Origin: Moniliella sp. 'wahieum' | Lineage: Eukaryota | Length of the DNA: 64,000 nt | NCBI GenBank assembly: GCA_003971905.1 | Contig: RSEE01000004.1 | Location: forward strand, 930,001-994,000 | Direction of reading: 5' to 3' | Shown here: positions 51,797 to 63,516 of the stretch, piece by piece | How positions within the stretch are numbered: position 1 is the first letter of the stretch | Layout: each line of letters opens with the position of its first letter | Position numbers and translations under genes: made by a program | The notes under the pieces: model-generated | The model's database searches: none | Told to the model about the DNA's origin: nothing | Seen by the model: the letters and a program-made list of their open reading frames with translations, nothing else

Positions 51797-53554
51797 ATGC
51801 CATCCCTCCGCACGCTCCTTCTCGCCACCGCTGCCGCCGCCTCGGCCGCCGTGGCCCACTCGGAGGCCTACCTCGACGGCTATGCGCCGCTGGACCAGGA
51901 CCTGGACCTGCCCTATGCGTTCCACCACATGGCCTCCCTCTCTTCCCGTTCGCCGTTCAAGTCGCAGACCAAGCCCGAGTGGCGTGCGCACGCGCGACCT
52001 GGCGCCCGCCCTCGAGCTGCGCGACGACCCCATCCATCTCACCAAGAACGACATCCTGCCTCCGTCCGGATGCGAGGTGGAACAGGTGATCAGCTTGCAG
52101 CGCCACGGTGCGCGCTACATGCCTGCTACCGGCTACGGCTCCTCCCAGCTTGCGCAAAAGTCCCTGAACAAGTTCCACACGGCGCTGGCCAACTACTCGG
52201 ACTCGGACCTTACCGACCCGCGCTTTGGCATCTTGCGCAACCTCACCACCCCTTCGGGCAACGGCGACTTGGTCCCGTACGGCGCGCTGCAGGCGTACTA
52301 CTCGGGCGTGTACGACCGGAGGTGTACAGCCACCTGGCCACGGAAAAGCCCTTTATCCGCGCCAGCGGCAACTACGGCAACCAGTCCGAGGTGCCGAGCG
52401 ACCGTGTGCTCTGGACGGCACGGTGGTGGGCGCTCGGGTTTAGCGGCCAGGCGTTCCCGAACCACACGATTGACTCGGTGGCGCTCGTGCGCGACGAGTC
52501 CTTGCCCGCGCTCGACGTTGTCATGTCCGAGCAAAAGGGAGTCAACAATACCATGGACCCGAGCACCTGCCCGCACATGAACGATGAACCGTCGGACGCG
52601 ATCGTCGCCCCTATGGCAACAACACCATCCTCCCTACCACCGGCGCCAAAATCCTGCGCCACATCCACCCCCCACGGTGGAACTGGAGGCTGGAGACGTG
52701 TGGCTCTGATGGACAGTTGGTACGTGCTTCCTCCTCTCTACCGCTCCCCCCCCCCAAACTCCCCCGCCCCGCATCTCGGACCGAGAGCACGTATGACTGA
52801 CCTCTGGTATGATGTATGGTGTTCTCCGTCTTTCAGCTCCTACAACTCCTTCCTTCCTGCCAATGTGACAGCCGGGGCCAAGGGACTGGAGTTTAGCGTG
52901 TCGCCCGTGTGCGAGTTGTTCACGCCGGGCGAGTGGCGGCGGTACAACTATGCCAACTCGCTCGACTTTTTCTACTACCAGGGCATTGGCAACCCTGCGT
53001 CCAAGGGAGCGTACCAGGGCTACCTGCGTGAACTGTACGCGCGTTTGAACCAGAGCGAGGTACCGCTCGAGCCGGTGCTTACGCTCAACACCACCTCCCT
53101 CGCCGACGGGAGCATTCCCGTGGGCAAGAACGCGCCCCTGTTCTACATGGACGCCACCCACGACGCCAACATTGCTGCGATCCAGCAACTGTTTGGCTTG
53201 TACGACGGCCCGCCCATGTCGGACGCCAAGGATTCGCAGAAGACCAGCAAGTCGCCATTTGACGCGGCGCGCGCGGTGCCCTACCAGACCAAGACGGCAT
53301 TTGAGACCATCTCGTGTGGCTGCGACGAGGAGGAGAGTAAGTTTGTTCGGGTGCGGGTCAACGAGGTGCCGCACCCGGCAGAGGACCACCCCTGGTGCCC
53401 CTTGACCCAGGAGGAGAAGAAGGCCATGCCGGCGCACTATTTGCGCGAGGGATTGTGCCCGCTGCCGGTCGTGCTGCGCAACTTGGAGTGGGCCAATGGC
53501 CAGGGCGCCTGGGACACGTGTTTCCTCAATAGCACGGGGCCTGTCGACGTGTGA
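51797..53554 (+). CDS. Secreted histidine acid phosphatase / phytase-like
   Basis: Signal peptide MPSLRTLLLATAAAASA, PSGCEVEQVISLQRHGARY, CELFTPGEW..Y..SLDFFY, YLRELYARL, DATHDANI (HD motif), FVRVRVNE. Intron near 52720-52836. Confidence 0.9.
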   Translation: MPSLRTLLLATAAAASAAVAHSEAYLDGYAPLDQDLDLPYAFHHMASLSSRSPFKSQTKPEWRAHARPGARPRAARRPHPSHQERHPASVRMRGGTGDQLAAPRCALHACYRLRLLPACAKVPEQVPHGAGQLLGLGPYRPALWHLAQPHHPFGQRRLGPVRRAAGVLLGRVRPEVYSHLATEKPFIRASGNYGNQSEVPSDRVLWTARWWALGFSGQAFPNHTIDSVALVRDESLPALDVVMSEQKGVNNTMDPSTCPHMNDEPSDAIVAPMATTPSSLPPAPKSCATSTPHGGTGGWRRVALMDSWYVLPPLYRSPPPNSPAPHLGPRARMTDLWYDVWCSPSFSSYNSFLPANVTAGAKGLEFSVSPVCELFTPGEWRRYNYANSLDFFYYQGIGNPASKGAYQGYLRELYARLNQSEVPLEPVLTLNTTSLADGSIPVGKNAPLFYMDATHDANIAAIQQLFGLYDGPPMSDAKDSQKTSKSPFDAARAVPYQTKTAFETISCGCDEEESKFVRVRVNEVPHPAEDHPWCPLTQEEKKAMPAHYLREGLCPLPVVLRNLEWANGQGAWDTCFLNSTGPVDV

Positions 53555-54237
53555 GCGCTGAGCGGCGGAGCGGCCAAGGTCGGACCGAAGGAAGCGATGC
53601 CCGGATTTGTGTTTTTTCTTTTCTCCTGTATGGTCGACCCAGACCTTTTTATCCACCGTGCTGCCACTGACGACGACCCGTTACGACCCCTTGGGCGCGT
53701 TGCGCTAGTGCGTGGCCTACGTTCCTTTTCTTTCATGTACTTTTTCTGATGGCCAAAATATGCTTGGAGGCTTGGAGCCTGCCGGACGGTGCAGGGCCGG
53801 AGCGGAGAGAGACAGGCAAGGCTCTGAAGGGGAACAGGAGGTAGTGGTGGGAGATATGCGGTGGCTGAGGACACCGAGAGGGCGGCGGCCTACGATGTGG
53901 GCGTGTGGTGTGTGGACGGGTATAAATTTGTGACAGTGGGGGATGGTGGATGGTAGATGATCGATGATCGATGATGATGATTCAAATTACCGATGGACGA
54001 TCGTGATGTGATGTGGTGATGTGGTGATGAGCATGTGACAGCGACGCAAGCACAGCCAGGGGCACGAGGGCAGAGCAGGCGCACCGGACGAGGGGGCAGT
54101 GCCACGTGTCCTGTCTGCGCAGCGGCCACTCGGGAAGGTGGAGGCGAGCGGCGCCACGCATCCGCTTCTGTCCGGCCGCGCACGCTCCGCCACCGCCTCT
54201 CGCCTTCCTCCGCCCTCGCCTTTGTCCTCCCTCCCCC

Positions 54238-56919
54238 ATGTCGTCCTCGTACGGCGGGCCGAGCAGCATGCCCCCCGCACCGCCTCCGCCGCATCAGCAG
54301 ACCGTCTTCAGCCTGCCCCCGAGGAGGACAAGACGGCCGAGAAGCGCATCCGCGAGGCCGCCCAGCGGCCCGATGGGCCCTACACCTACGCTTCCGCCGG
54401 CCTGCTGCCAATCCAGGACCCCTCCCAGCCTGGCCCCGCCGCCTCTCTCCCCGTCTTGCGCCTGCTAAGCCTGCCCCGTCCGTTGCGCAGCGCGACAAGT
54501 ACGCCTCGCTTCTGCCGGGTGCGCTCGAAGCGGACCGACTGGGTGGGCGAGGCGTGGGCCTGGCTGCAGACCGAGCATGGCGTTGCCGTGGTGTACACGC
54601 TGCTTGCCCTCTTCACTCGTATCTACCGCATTGGCCGCAACCCGAGTGTGATTTGGGACGAGGCGCACTTTGGCAAGTTTGGCTCCTACTACCCCGCCAC
54701 ACGTTTTACTTTGACGTGCATCCGCCCCTGGGCAAGATCCTCGTCGGCCTCAGTGGCTGGCTCTCGGGGTACTCGGGCTACTGGGACTTTGAGTCGGGAC
54801 AGCAGTACCCGGCCAACGTGTACTACTACCCGATGCGCATCATCATGTCCTTATACGGCGTGGCGATGGTCCCCATGGCATGGTACACGTCCCAGTGCTT
54901 TGGGTGGGACCGCGCTCGCGCCACCTGCTGACGCTCATGGTGCTTGTCGACAATGCTTGGCTCACCATCTCGCGCTTCATCTTGTTGGACTCGATGCTGC
55001 TCTGCTTTACGTTTGCCACAGTGCTGGGTCTGGCCAAGTTCCACCAGCAGCAGCGGCAGCCCTTTAGCCAAGCCTGGTGGGGTTGGCTCGCCTTTACGGG
55101 CGCCAGCATTGGCTGTGTGTCGAGTGTCAAGTGGGTCGGGTTCTTTGCCACGGCGCTGGTGGGCTGTACACGGTGGAAGACTTGTGGGACAAGTTTGGAG
55201 ACTTGCGCATGCCCCTGACGACCTACCTTCGCCACTGGATTGCCCGGATCGGGTGTCTGATCCTGCTCCCCTTTACGATTTACGTCTTGTCGTTCAAGCT
55301 GCACTTCCTCTTACTTTTCGGCACGGGTCCGGGCGACGCCAGATGAGCAGTCTGTTCCAAGCCCACCTCGACGGCAACGACTTTGCCGACAGTCCGCTCC
55401 AGATCGCGTTGGGGTCCAAGGTCACGCTCAAAAACATGGGCTACGGAGGCGGACTGCTGCACAGCCACATCCAGACCTACCCGGTCGGCAGTGGCTACCA
55501 GCAGGTCACTTGCTACCACTACAAGGACGAGAACAACGAATGGGTCGTCAGCCCTACCTGGGAGTCCATTGATGCCCACGGTCCTGCCCCGAGCTGGGAC
55601 AACCCCAACTCGACCGAGCCGGTGGTGCTGCTGCGGAACGGGGATGTGATCCGCCTGCAACACATGGCCACCGGGAAGAACCTGCACAGCCACGCCATTC
55701 CGGCGCCTGTGACCAAGGAGAATTACGAAGTGGCCGGGTACGGCGAGTGGGCGGTGGGCGACCAGAACGACTACTGGGTGGTGGAGGTGGTAGGCGACAT
55801 TGTCAAGGGCTACCAGAGCCATGCGGACAAAAACGAGCCGGTCCCGCCTTACAGCGAGCACTTGCCCCGACGACCGCCCGGTCGTTCATACGCTCACGAC
55901 CAAGCTCCGTTTCCGCCACCAAACGCTCGGATGCTACTTGTACGCGGCGAATGAGGTGCTGCCCCAATGGGGCTGGAAGCAAGTTGAGACGACTTGCATC
56001 AAGCCGGATGTTTTGTCTCCCAAGGACGAGCACGCAGTGTGGAACATCGAGTCGCACTGGAACCAGCGTTTGCCCAAGGGCGACCGCAAGTTGTACAAGT
56101 CCCCCTTTTGGCGCGACTTTGTCCACCTCAACGTGGCTATGATGACGTCGAACAATGCCTGACCCCGGACGTGGACAAGGAAGACATGCTGGCTTCGAGT
56201 CCGTACGAGTGGCCTTTCCTGTACAATGGTCTGCGCATGAACGGGTGGGGCGACGACAATGTCAAGTACTACCTGATTGGCAACCCGTTCATCTGGTCGG
56301 GCTCGACCATTGCACTGGGCGTGTTGACGGTGGTGTTGGCCGGGTATGCGGCCATGCTGCAGCGCGGCGCGCTGCCGGCCTCGCTGACGCCGGCGGAACT
56401 GAACCAGACCGTGTTTGTAGCCAAGATTGCGCTCGTGGGCTGGTTCCTGCACTACCTTCCTTTCCTCATCATGGGGCGTGTGACCTACATCCACCACTAT
56501 GTGCGTATCTCTCCTTGTCTGCTTGTTTCCAGGTGCGCGAGGCCCAGCGTCCCCAACTAACCGGTGCCCTCTCTTGTTGGTGTTGATGATGCGCAGTTGC
56601 CCACGCTGTACTTTGCCACCATCGCGCTCGTCCACCTGTTTGACCACTTCCTCTTCCACCCGTCCGCGGCGCGCTACCGCAGCCCGGCGAGCTGGCTGCG
56701 GCAGGCTCCCAGCGCACCCCGCTCCGCATCCGCACGCACCACCACTGTCGGTGGCGCGTGCACCTCAGTCCCAAGGCCAAGGACCGTGCGTTTTACGTGA
56801 TTGCCGGCATCATTGTTGGTACCTCGCTCTGGCTCTACGGCGTCACATTTGGCATGGCCGGGCCGGTGAACAAGTGGTGGGGCTACAAGTGGCGCAAGAG
56901 CTGGAACATTTATGTCTAA
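54238..56919 (+). CDS. PMT2: Dolichyl-phosphate-mannose:protein O-mannosyltransferase, PMT2 subfamily
   Basis: [67 protein letters not shown] domains ([39 protein letters not shown]), [36 protein letters not shown]. Confidence 0.95.
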
Positions 56920-57675
56920 CCGTGTCGGATGCGCCGAGGGCGCGGCGAGGCAAGACAGGGCAGGACAAGCAGCGTGGGAGCGCACACGCGCCCTGGAAGC
57001 TGGGCCGCACCTGCCACCCCGCGCCCGCCCACCGGCCAAGCGCGCACCTCGCACTTGCAGGGCTGCCATGCCTGGCAGTTGGAGTGCTACCGGCCGTACT
57101 CGCCGTCCAACCCCCCGCCGACATGAGATGCCGCCCTTGCTTGTTCCATTCATTCGTTCGTTGATTCTGCCCCTCCTTCTGGACGTGTTGGGCGACCGCA
57201 GGCTTGGAAGCGCCGCCGAGAGCGAGGCGGGTGGGGAGGGAAGGGAGGTTGGTGGCATATAGGCTTGCTCTCTGGTGGCGGCGGCCAGGAGGCCGAAGCG
57301 CCGCGTTACGTAGTCCTGCCGGCCCCCAGCCGACAGGCGACAGCCGGCAGGTGCGGTGCATGTGCGCCCACGTGGAGTGGGTGACGCCCCAGCGGTGATC
57401 CGCCTAGGCAGGCGTGCAGATCGGCACGAAAGGAAAGGCAACCCTAGCACACGCTGCTGCTGATGCGCCTGCCCCAGGCGCCAGGCCTCAGGCCCTCCCT
57501 CGGCGCCAGCCGCGCCCAGCCCGCCCCAGCGCGGTTCGGCCCTCGCCCGTCACCGCGTCGCCACCAGTGCTCGTCGTCGCGGCTTGCACCCTTTGCTCTC
57601 GCCCTCGCCCCGCCCTCGCCTTCGCCTTTGCTTTCCCCCGCCCCCTCGCCCCCACGCTCTTTCCACGCCTTCACC

Positions 57676-58223
57676 ATGGGCCAGTCGCTCAGCAAGGCCC
57701 TCGGCAAGTTGTTTGGCAACAAGGAGATGCGCATCCTCATGCTCGGTCTCGATGCGGCGGGCAAGACAACGATTCTGTACAAGATCAAGACGAACCAGTC
57801 GGTCACGACGATCCCCACTGTCGGCTTCAACGTTGAGACAGTTACCTACCGCAACGTCAAGTTCAATGTGTGGGACGTAGGTGGCCAGGACAAGATCCGG
57901 CCGCTGTGGCGGCACTACTACACCGGCACCCAAGGCCTCGTCTTTGTCGTCGACTCGGCCGATGTGGCGCGGATCGAAGAGGCGCGGACGGCGCTGCATC
58001 GGATTTTGTCGGATCGCGAGATGCGCGAGTGCCTCTTGCTCGTCTTTGCCAACAAGCAGGACGTGCAAGGCGCTTTGACCCCGGCGCAGATTACCGACCG
58101 ATTGGGCCTCGCGTCGCTCAAGGACCGGCCTTGGTTTGTTCACCCTTCCTGTGCCACCTCGGGGAAGGCCTGTTCGAAGGCCTGGCCTGGCTCTCGGCCA
58201 ACGTCAAGAGCGTTTCCAAGTAA
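57676..58223 (+). CDS. ARF6: ADP-ribosylation factor 6
   Basis: [98 protein letters not shown]. Intronless, with one frameshift near the end. Confidence 0.96.
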
Positions 58224-58388
58224 GCTTCCTCGCTCTTCCTCCGCCCTCTTCCCCGCCGCCCCGTCTTTGTCCCTCTCCCCGCCTTGTCCCCCCCCCCCCC
58301 CCCCCCCCCACCTCCTACCTTATCGCCGCCATGCCCGATGCACGCTGTGCGTATAGTAGGTACCCTGCCACACTTGTCTCGGCTACCT

Positions 58389-58422
58389 ACCCTATCCTAC
58401 CCTACCCGATCCTACCCTACCC
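58389..58422. repeat. Degenerate (CCTAC)n microsatellite downstream of ARF6
   Basis: ccctatcctaccctacccgatcctaccctaccc. Confidence 0.7.
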
Positions 58423-59435
58423 TTTACTTCTTTTTTTATCCCCTTTGCCCCCCTCCCCGGTCCCTCCCCCTCTACGCTCGTTTGCTTGCTCAATTCCCCA
58501 CCCTTGCGCCTGCTGGCAGAACGAGCACGACTACCACGCCCACTTGCTACTTTTTGTGCCTGCAATCCACTCGCCGACCGCGCATGGGTGCCGACCCACT
58601 TGGGAACCCAGTAGGCGGGTTCGGGCGGCCCAGTGGGGGTGGATAGATAGGAACCCAGATAGGCAACGGGGGACGTGACAGCCCCGACATTCACACGCCC
58701 AAAGGGCGTTGCTCAGACACGCTCGTCTCGTATATCGTTGGCTTCGTTGCCGCGGGAACAGAAGTTGGAGTTGAGGAGGGAGGCCGGAGGAGCCATTGCA
58801 TGGATGGACCCAGGCAGTGTCACATGTGCATCACCCAGCGCCGAGGCCTGCCGAGGCTCGGTAGTTCCAGGTTGTCAAGATAGTCCCTGGTAGCCCCCGC
58901 CCCCAGGCGAGTAAGCCAAGCCCAGATGTGTGCGAGCTGGGGCCGCCTGCGGCCTGCGGGGGTCCATTCGAGGGAAAGGGCGTCGGGTACGGTAGAATGA
59001 GGCGAGGGGCGGAATGGGGGCGCGCGTTCCGCCGGGGGTGGTGCTGCTTCAAGCTTCACAGTTCGCTTGTGGGCCGGGCGGCAGAAATGTGACGTGCATG
59101 TGACACATGTGACAACGCGCAAGATTCGATTTGAAATGGAACATGGGGATGTGACATTGGGAATGGCGAAATGGCTGTCCCCCAGCTGGGCAACGCCAAG
59201 CTTCAAGCGCCAGTGGAGCGCCAGGCACGATGGATGAGGCCGGGCATGGGGCATGGTGCATGGTGGATGAGGTGCTGGTGTGGCCCGTGAATAACGGCGA
59301 CGATTAGAAATGGCTGACACTGCGCCATCGCGGATGTGGACAAAGGTGTTTCATGTGGCCGTGTTCCCAAGCGTAGCGCCAGTGTGGTGCCTGGCGGTGC
59401 GTAGTGCTGCTGCCTGGTGCTGGGTTGGCCCGGCG

Positions 59436-59459
59436 CTTATCGACTATCAGCGCTTATCG
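59436..59459 (-). promoter_or_regulatory. Three clustered HGATAR (GATA-factor) sites upstream of nitrate reductase
   Basis: CTTATCG-A-CTATCA-GCG-CTTATCG, about 345-365 bp upstream of the nitrate reductase ATG. Confidence 0.55.
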
Positions 59460-59802
59460 AGACAGGAGGTTTGCGCTGTGCCAGGACATCAGCGAGGGTC
59501 GACGGCTTGGCCGGCACAACCAAGTCCGCCCGGGCACCACCCCACTCTGGACGGTGTGCCGCTGTCTCAGCGAACGCACGCCGCACTCAGGACCCATCTG
59601 AATTTGGCGGTGCCGTTGGTCGCTGTCAACGTCAACTGGCAATTCAATCCCCCAGCTTCAAGCTTCGAGCTTCGACCCCATCCACGGGGGCACCAACCGC
59701 CAGGGCATCACGCCCTCACCCCTGGGCCTCTTTTGTCTGCACCCGTTTTCCTCATGCCCACCCCCGTCCCCATCCTCATCCCCTTCTCCTCCCACCACCG
59801 CC

Positions 59803-62690
59803 ATGTCCTCCGCCTCGCCTACCTCCACCTCTCCCTCTCAGTTTCTCCACCCCTCCCCCCCTCCCCCATACCACTGCCGCCTCCACCACGCCCTCGATCC
59901 CTGACTCGACTGTGCCCCGGGTCCCCAAGCTGCCCCTTATCCCCTCCCACCGCTGAAGACAGCAGCGATGACAGTGACGCCGACAGCAGCCCTGCCTATC
60001 CCAGCGCCTACACCGCTGAGCATCCTCCCGTCCCCACTGCTGGCGCTTTGCGTCCGCTCGCCATCGACGCCAACACGCCCGATGCTTGGGTCGCACGCGA
60101 CGAGCGCCTGTACGTCTGCCTCTCCTCATCTTCGTATATCGCCTTTCTGCTCCGTGACTGACCGAGGACTGCGGTCATGTGGTACATCTGTAGCCTGCGC
60201 CTGACAGGCAAGCACCCGTTCAACTGCGAAGCGCCGTTGCCGGCGCTATGGGCAGCGGGCTTCCTCACGCCCACGTCGCTCTTTTACGTGAGGAACCACG
60301 GATACGTGCCGCAGGTGACCCAAGCCGCGGCCGAGGAATGGACACTGCGTGTGCACGGTCTGGTGCGGCGGCCGATGACGTTCAGCCTGGCCGAGCTCAA
60401 GCAGCGCTTTCGCACCGTCACGCTCCCCGTCACCTCGTCTGTGCTGGCAACCGGCGCGGGGAGCAAAACGTGGTGACCAAAGGGCTCGGGTTCAACTGGG
60501 GTGCGGCGGGGGTGTCGACAGCGTTGTTTACGGGGTGCTTGTTGGCGGATGTATTGGCGTACTGCAAGCCGATTAAGCCTTGGGAGCGTACCCCTGGGAC
60601 GTGGTTGTGCCTGGGCGCGCGCGGCACGTGGTGTTTGAAGGGGCAGACGAGCTGCCCAAGGGCAAGTACGGCACGTCGCAGCGTCTGCTTCATGCTGCCG
60701 ACCCCATCAAAGGCATGTTGCTGGCGTGGGCGATGAATGGGGAACCGTTGACGCCCGACCATGGGTTCCCGCTGCGCTTGGTCGTACCCGGGCAGATTGG
60801 CGGACGGATGGTCAAGTGGCTGAACCGGATCGAAGTGTCGGACCAGGAGAGCCAGCATTTCCTCACTTTAAAGACAACAAGGTCCTCCCCACCACCCTCA
60901 CTGCCGACCAGGCCCGCACGCAAGAGGACGTCTGGCACGACCCCAAGTACATCTTTGGTGAATTGGGTGTCAATGCAGCGATCACCGAGCCAGCGCATGA
61001 ACAGGTCCTCCCCCCGGCTCCGTCGGAGGAGGCAACGTTTACGGTACAGGGCTATGCCTACACGGGAGGCGGACGACGAATCACGCGGGTCGAAGTGACG
61101 CTCGACGATGGACAGAGCTGGGTCCTGGCCAACCTGACTTACCCCGAGGACATGTACCGTCTCAAGCCGATCCGTGGCCACCCCATCTACGGCGACCTGG
61201 ACCTGAGCGAGACGGAGATGAGCTTTTGCTGGGTATTCTGGTCGGTCGAGGTAGGATGGTCGGAGCTTACAAGGCCAAGGTGGTAGCGGTGCGTGCGATG
61301 GACGAGGCCTTGGCCACGATGCCGCGCGACATGTATTGGAACGCGACCTCGATGGGCAACAACTGGTGGTTCCGTGTTGCCACCGTTCCCGTCGCCGACG
61401 GCGTCAAGTTTGAGCACCCTGCCATTGTAGGCAAGACGGACAATGGGTGGATGCAGCGGTTGAAGGCGGAGGGTCAGAACCCCAAGTTCCCCAACTTTGG
61501 CGCCCCGCCCATCGTAGAACAGGCGGGACAGTCTTGCCGCCTCTGCGGCGGCCCAAGGCGTCAGTGACTTGGAACTTATGACCGAGCCAAGCAAGATGGA
61601 GGTGATCATCTCTCGCTCCCAGCTCGCCGAGCATGCGAACGAGCAGGCACCCTGGTTTGTCGTCAACGGCCATGTATACGATGGTCTTCCCTTCCTTGCT
61701 GAGCACCCTGGCGGGCCCGAGTCCATTACCCTTGTTGCCGGGGACGATGCGACGGAAGACTTTATGGCAATCCACTCATCTGATGCCAAGGCCAAGATGC
61801 GTGCATTCCACGTGGGGAAACTAGAGACGGGCGGCGCTTGTTGAGCAGTCACCACCCGAACCGGAGCAGGGCCCGTTCCTGCACCCCAAGAAGTGGAAGA
61901 CAGCAGTGCTGGAAAGTAAAAAGCCCATGTCGAGCGATACCTACATGTTCCGCTTTCGACTGGACCGGACGGATCAGGAGCCGGGTCTGCCTACCGGCCA
62001 GCATGTTTACCTTCGTGTTGATGATGGCAAAGGGGGCGAGGTGGTGCAGCGTGCTTACACGCCCTTTAGCAGCAACCAGCTCTTGGGTTACATTGATATT
62101 CTCATCAAGGTCTATGCGCCCTGTGCGGCGTATCCCTTGGGGGGCAAGATGACAACGAGGTTGGAACGCTTGCCGCTCGAGTCGCCTGTTGAGCTCAAGG
62201 GGCCGATCGGTAGCTTCACCTATCTCGGTCAAGGGCGGGTCAAGTGGCGCGGGGTGGAGCGGCGGGTGAAGCGCTTGGCGATGATTGCCGGTGGCAGCGG
62301 CATCACACCCATCTGGTCCACACTCAAGGGCGTCATGGACGACCCCCTCCTCCGCTGGGAGAGAAAGGGGTGGAGGTGTGGCTGGTTGACGCCAACCGGA
62401 CCGAAAACGACATTTTGGCCCGTGAACACATCGATGAAATCTCCAGTGCGTTCCCCGACCGTTTCAAGCTCTGGCACGTCCTCTCTCGTCCGATGGGGCC
62501 ATGGGTCATGTCCAAGGGCCGCATCGACCGTGAAGTTCTCCGCACCCCCTCTGCCCGCCCCCGACGACGGTCGAGGGCGAACTGGAGGACACCCTCGTCC
62601 TCGTGTGGGCCGCCACCGATGGAGCTCATGGCACGCACTGAGCTGGCAGCCATTGGGTGGGACGTGGAGCGGACTGCAGTGTTTTTCTAG
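59803..62690 (+). CDS. niaD: Eukaryotic assimilatory nitrate reductase (Moco, dimerisation, cytochrome b5, FAD and NAD(P)H domains)
   Basis: TPDAWVARDERL | intron 60110-60193 | RLTGKHPFNCEAPL..FYVRNHG, LVCAGNRR.EQN, PDHGFPLRLVVPGQIGGRMVKWL, YAYTGGGRRITRVEV, MYWNATSMGNNWWFRV, HPGGPESI..FMAIHS, RAYTP, GGKMT, MIAGGSGITPI, CGPPPM. Confidence 0.97.
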
Positions 62691-63516
62691 CGCTTCTCAA
62701 GCTTAGTTTTCATAAGGTACTAGTATATGTTGAAACAGTATATTCGTTGATGCGCGGTACGGAGTATAGTGTCATCTCTTCCCGCTGTGGTCCAGCTGTC
62801 CCCTTTTTCGGATCGTCACACTGTGGTGCGAGCGGGCCGTGTGTGATGGAGCAGATCAGAGCGGTAGGATGGGATTGTCAAAGCGTGACCAAGATGGGGT
62901 ATTGTTGGAGAAGATGATAGCCCTAGTATAGGAATAGATGGAAGGAGCTTTGGAGGGATTGGTTCCAATGAGAGAATAGCCAAGCCATCAACAATACGAG
63001 GGAAGGGCGAGGTGTGACCTTCGTGAGGAGGTGCAGTTTGGTGGTTGCCAGTTACACTGTTGTTATTGGGAGAAAGGAAACACGGTTTGTATTTCTCCCA
63101 GAGCCATTGCTGCATCAATATTCCATCGCATCAATCTTCGACTAGAACTTCCGTCCTTGGCGTGTGGGAGGAAATATATGCCACGGCGGTGTTGTTAGAA
63201 GGCTGATGCATGATGCATGGTGCAGATGGCTGATCTTTTCACAATTGCACATGAAATGTCACATGTCACACACGTCACCCAACCCATCCCGGTCACTTGC
63301 CGGTAACCGGTAATCGGCAACCGGTTACGGTAACCGCGACTAAGGTTGATGCAGATGGGGCTAGTGGGGGGTAGGAGGGGTTAGGCCGGCCGGTTAGGGG
63401 GATTGGGGGGTTGGGGGGTTGGGGCCGTGCGGGGTCACTCCACCCGTAGTCACTAGTCACTACTAGTAGTCGCTGTTCTACCCTCCGATTCGCGCCTCCA
63501 TCTCAGCCCTTTTCTG

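Noticed and set aside
13900..62690. Frameshifted housekeeping genes as pseudogenes or programmed frameshifts
   Set aside because: They are too frequent, hit essential genes and favour homopolymers; sequencing error is the simpler explanation.
22752..62690. MET1 (siroheme for nitrite reductase) and nitrate reductase as one nitrate cluster
   Set aside because: They are about 35 kb apart with more than a dozen unrelated genes between them.
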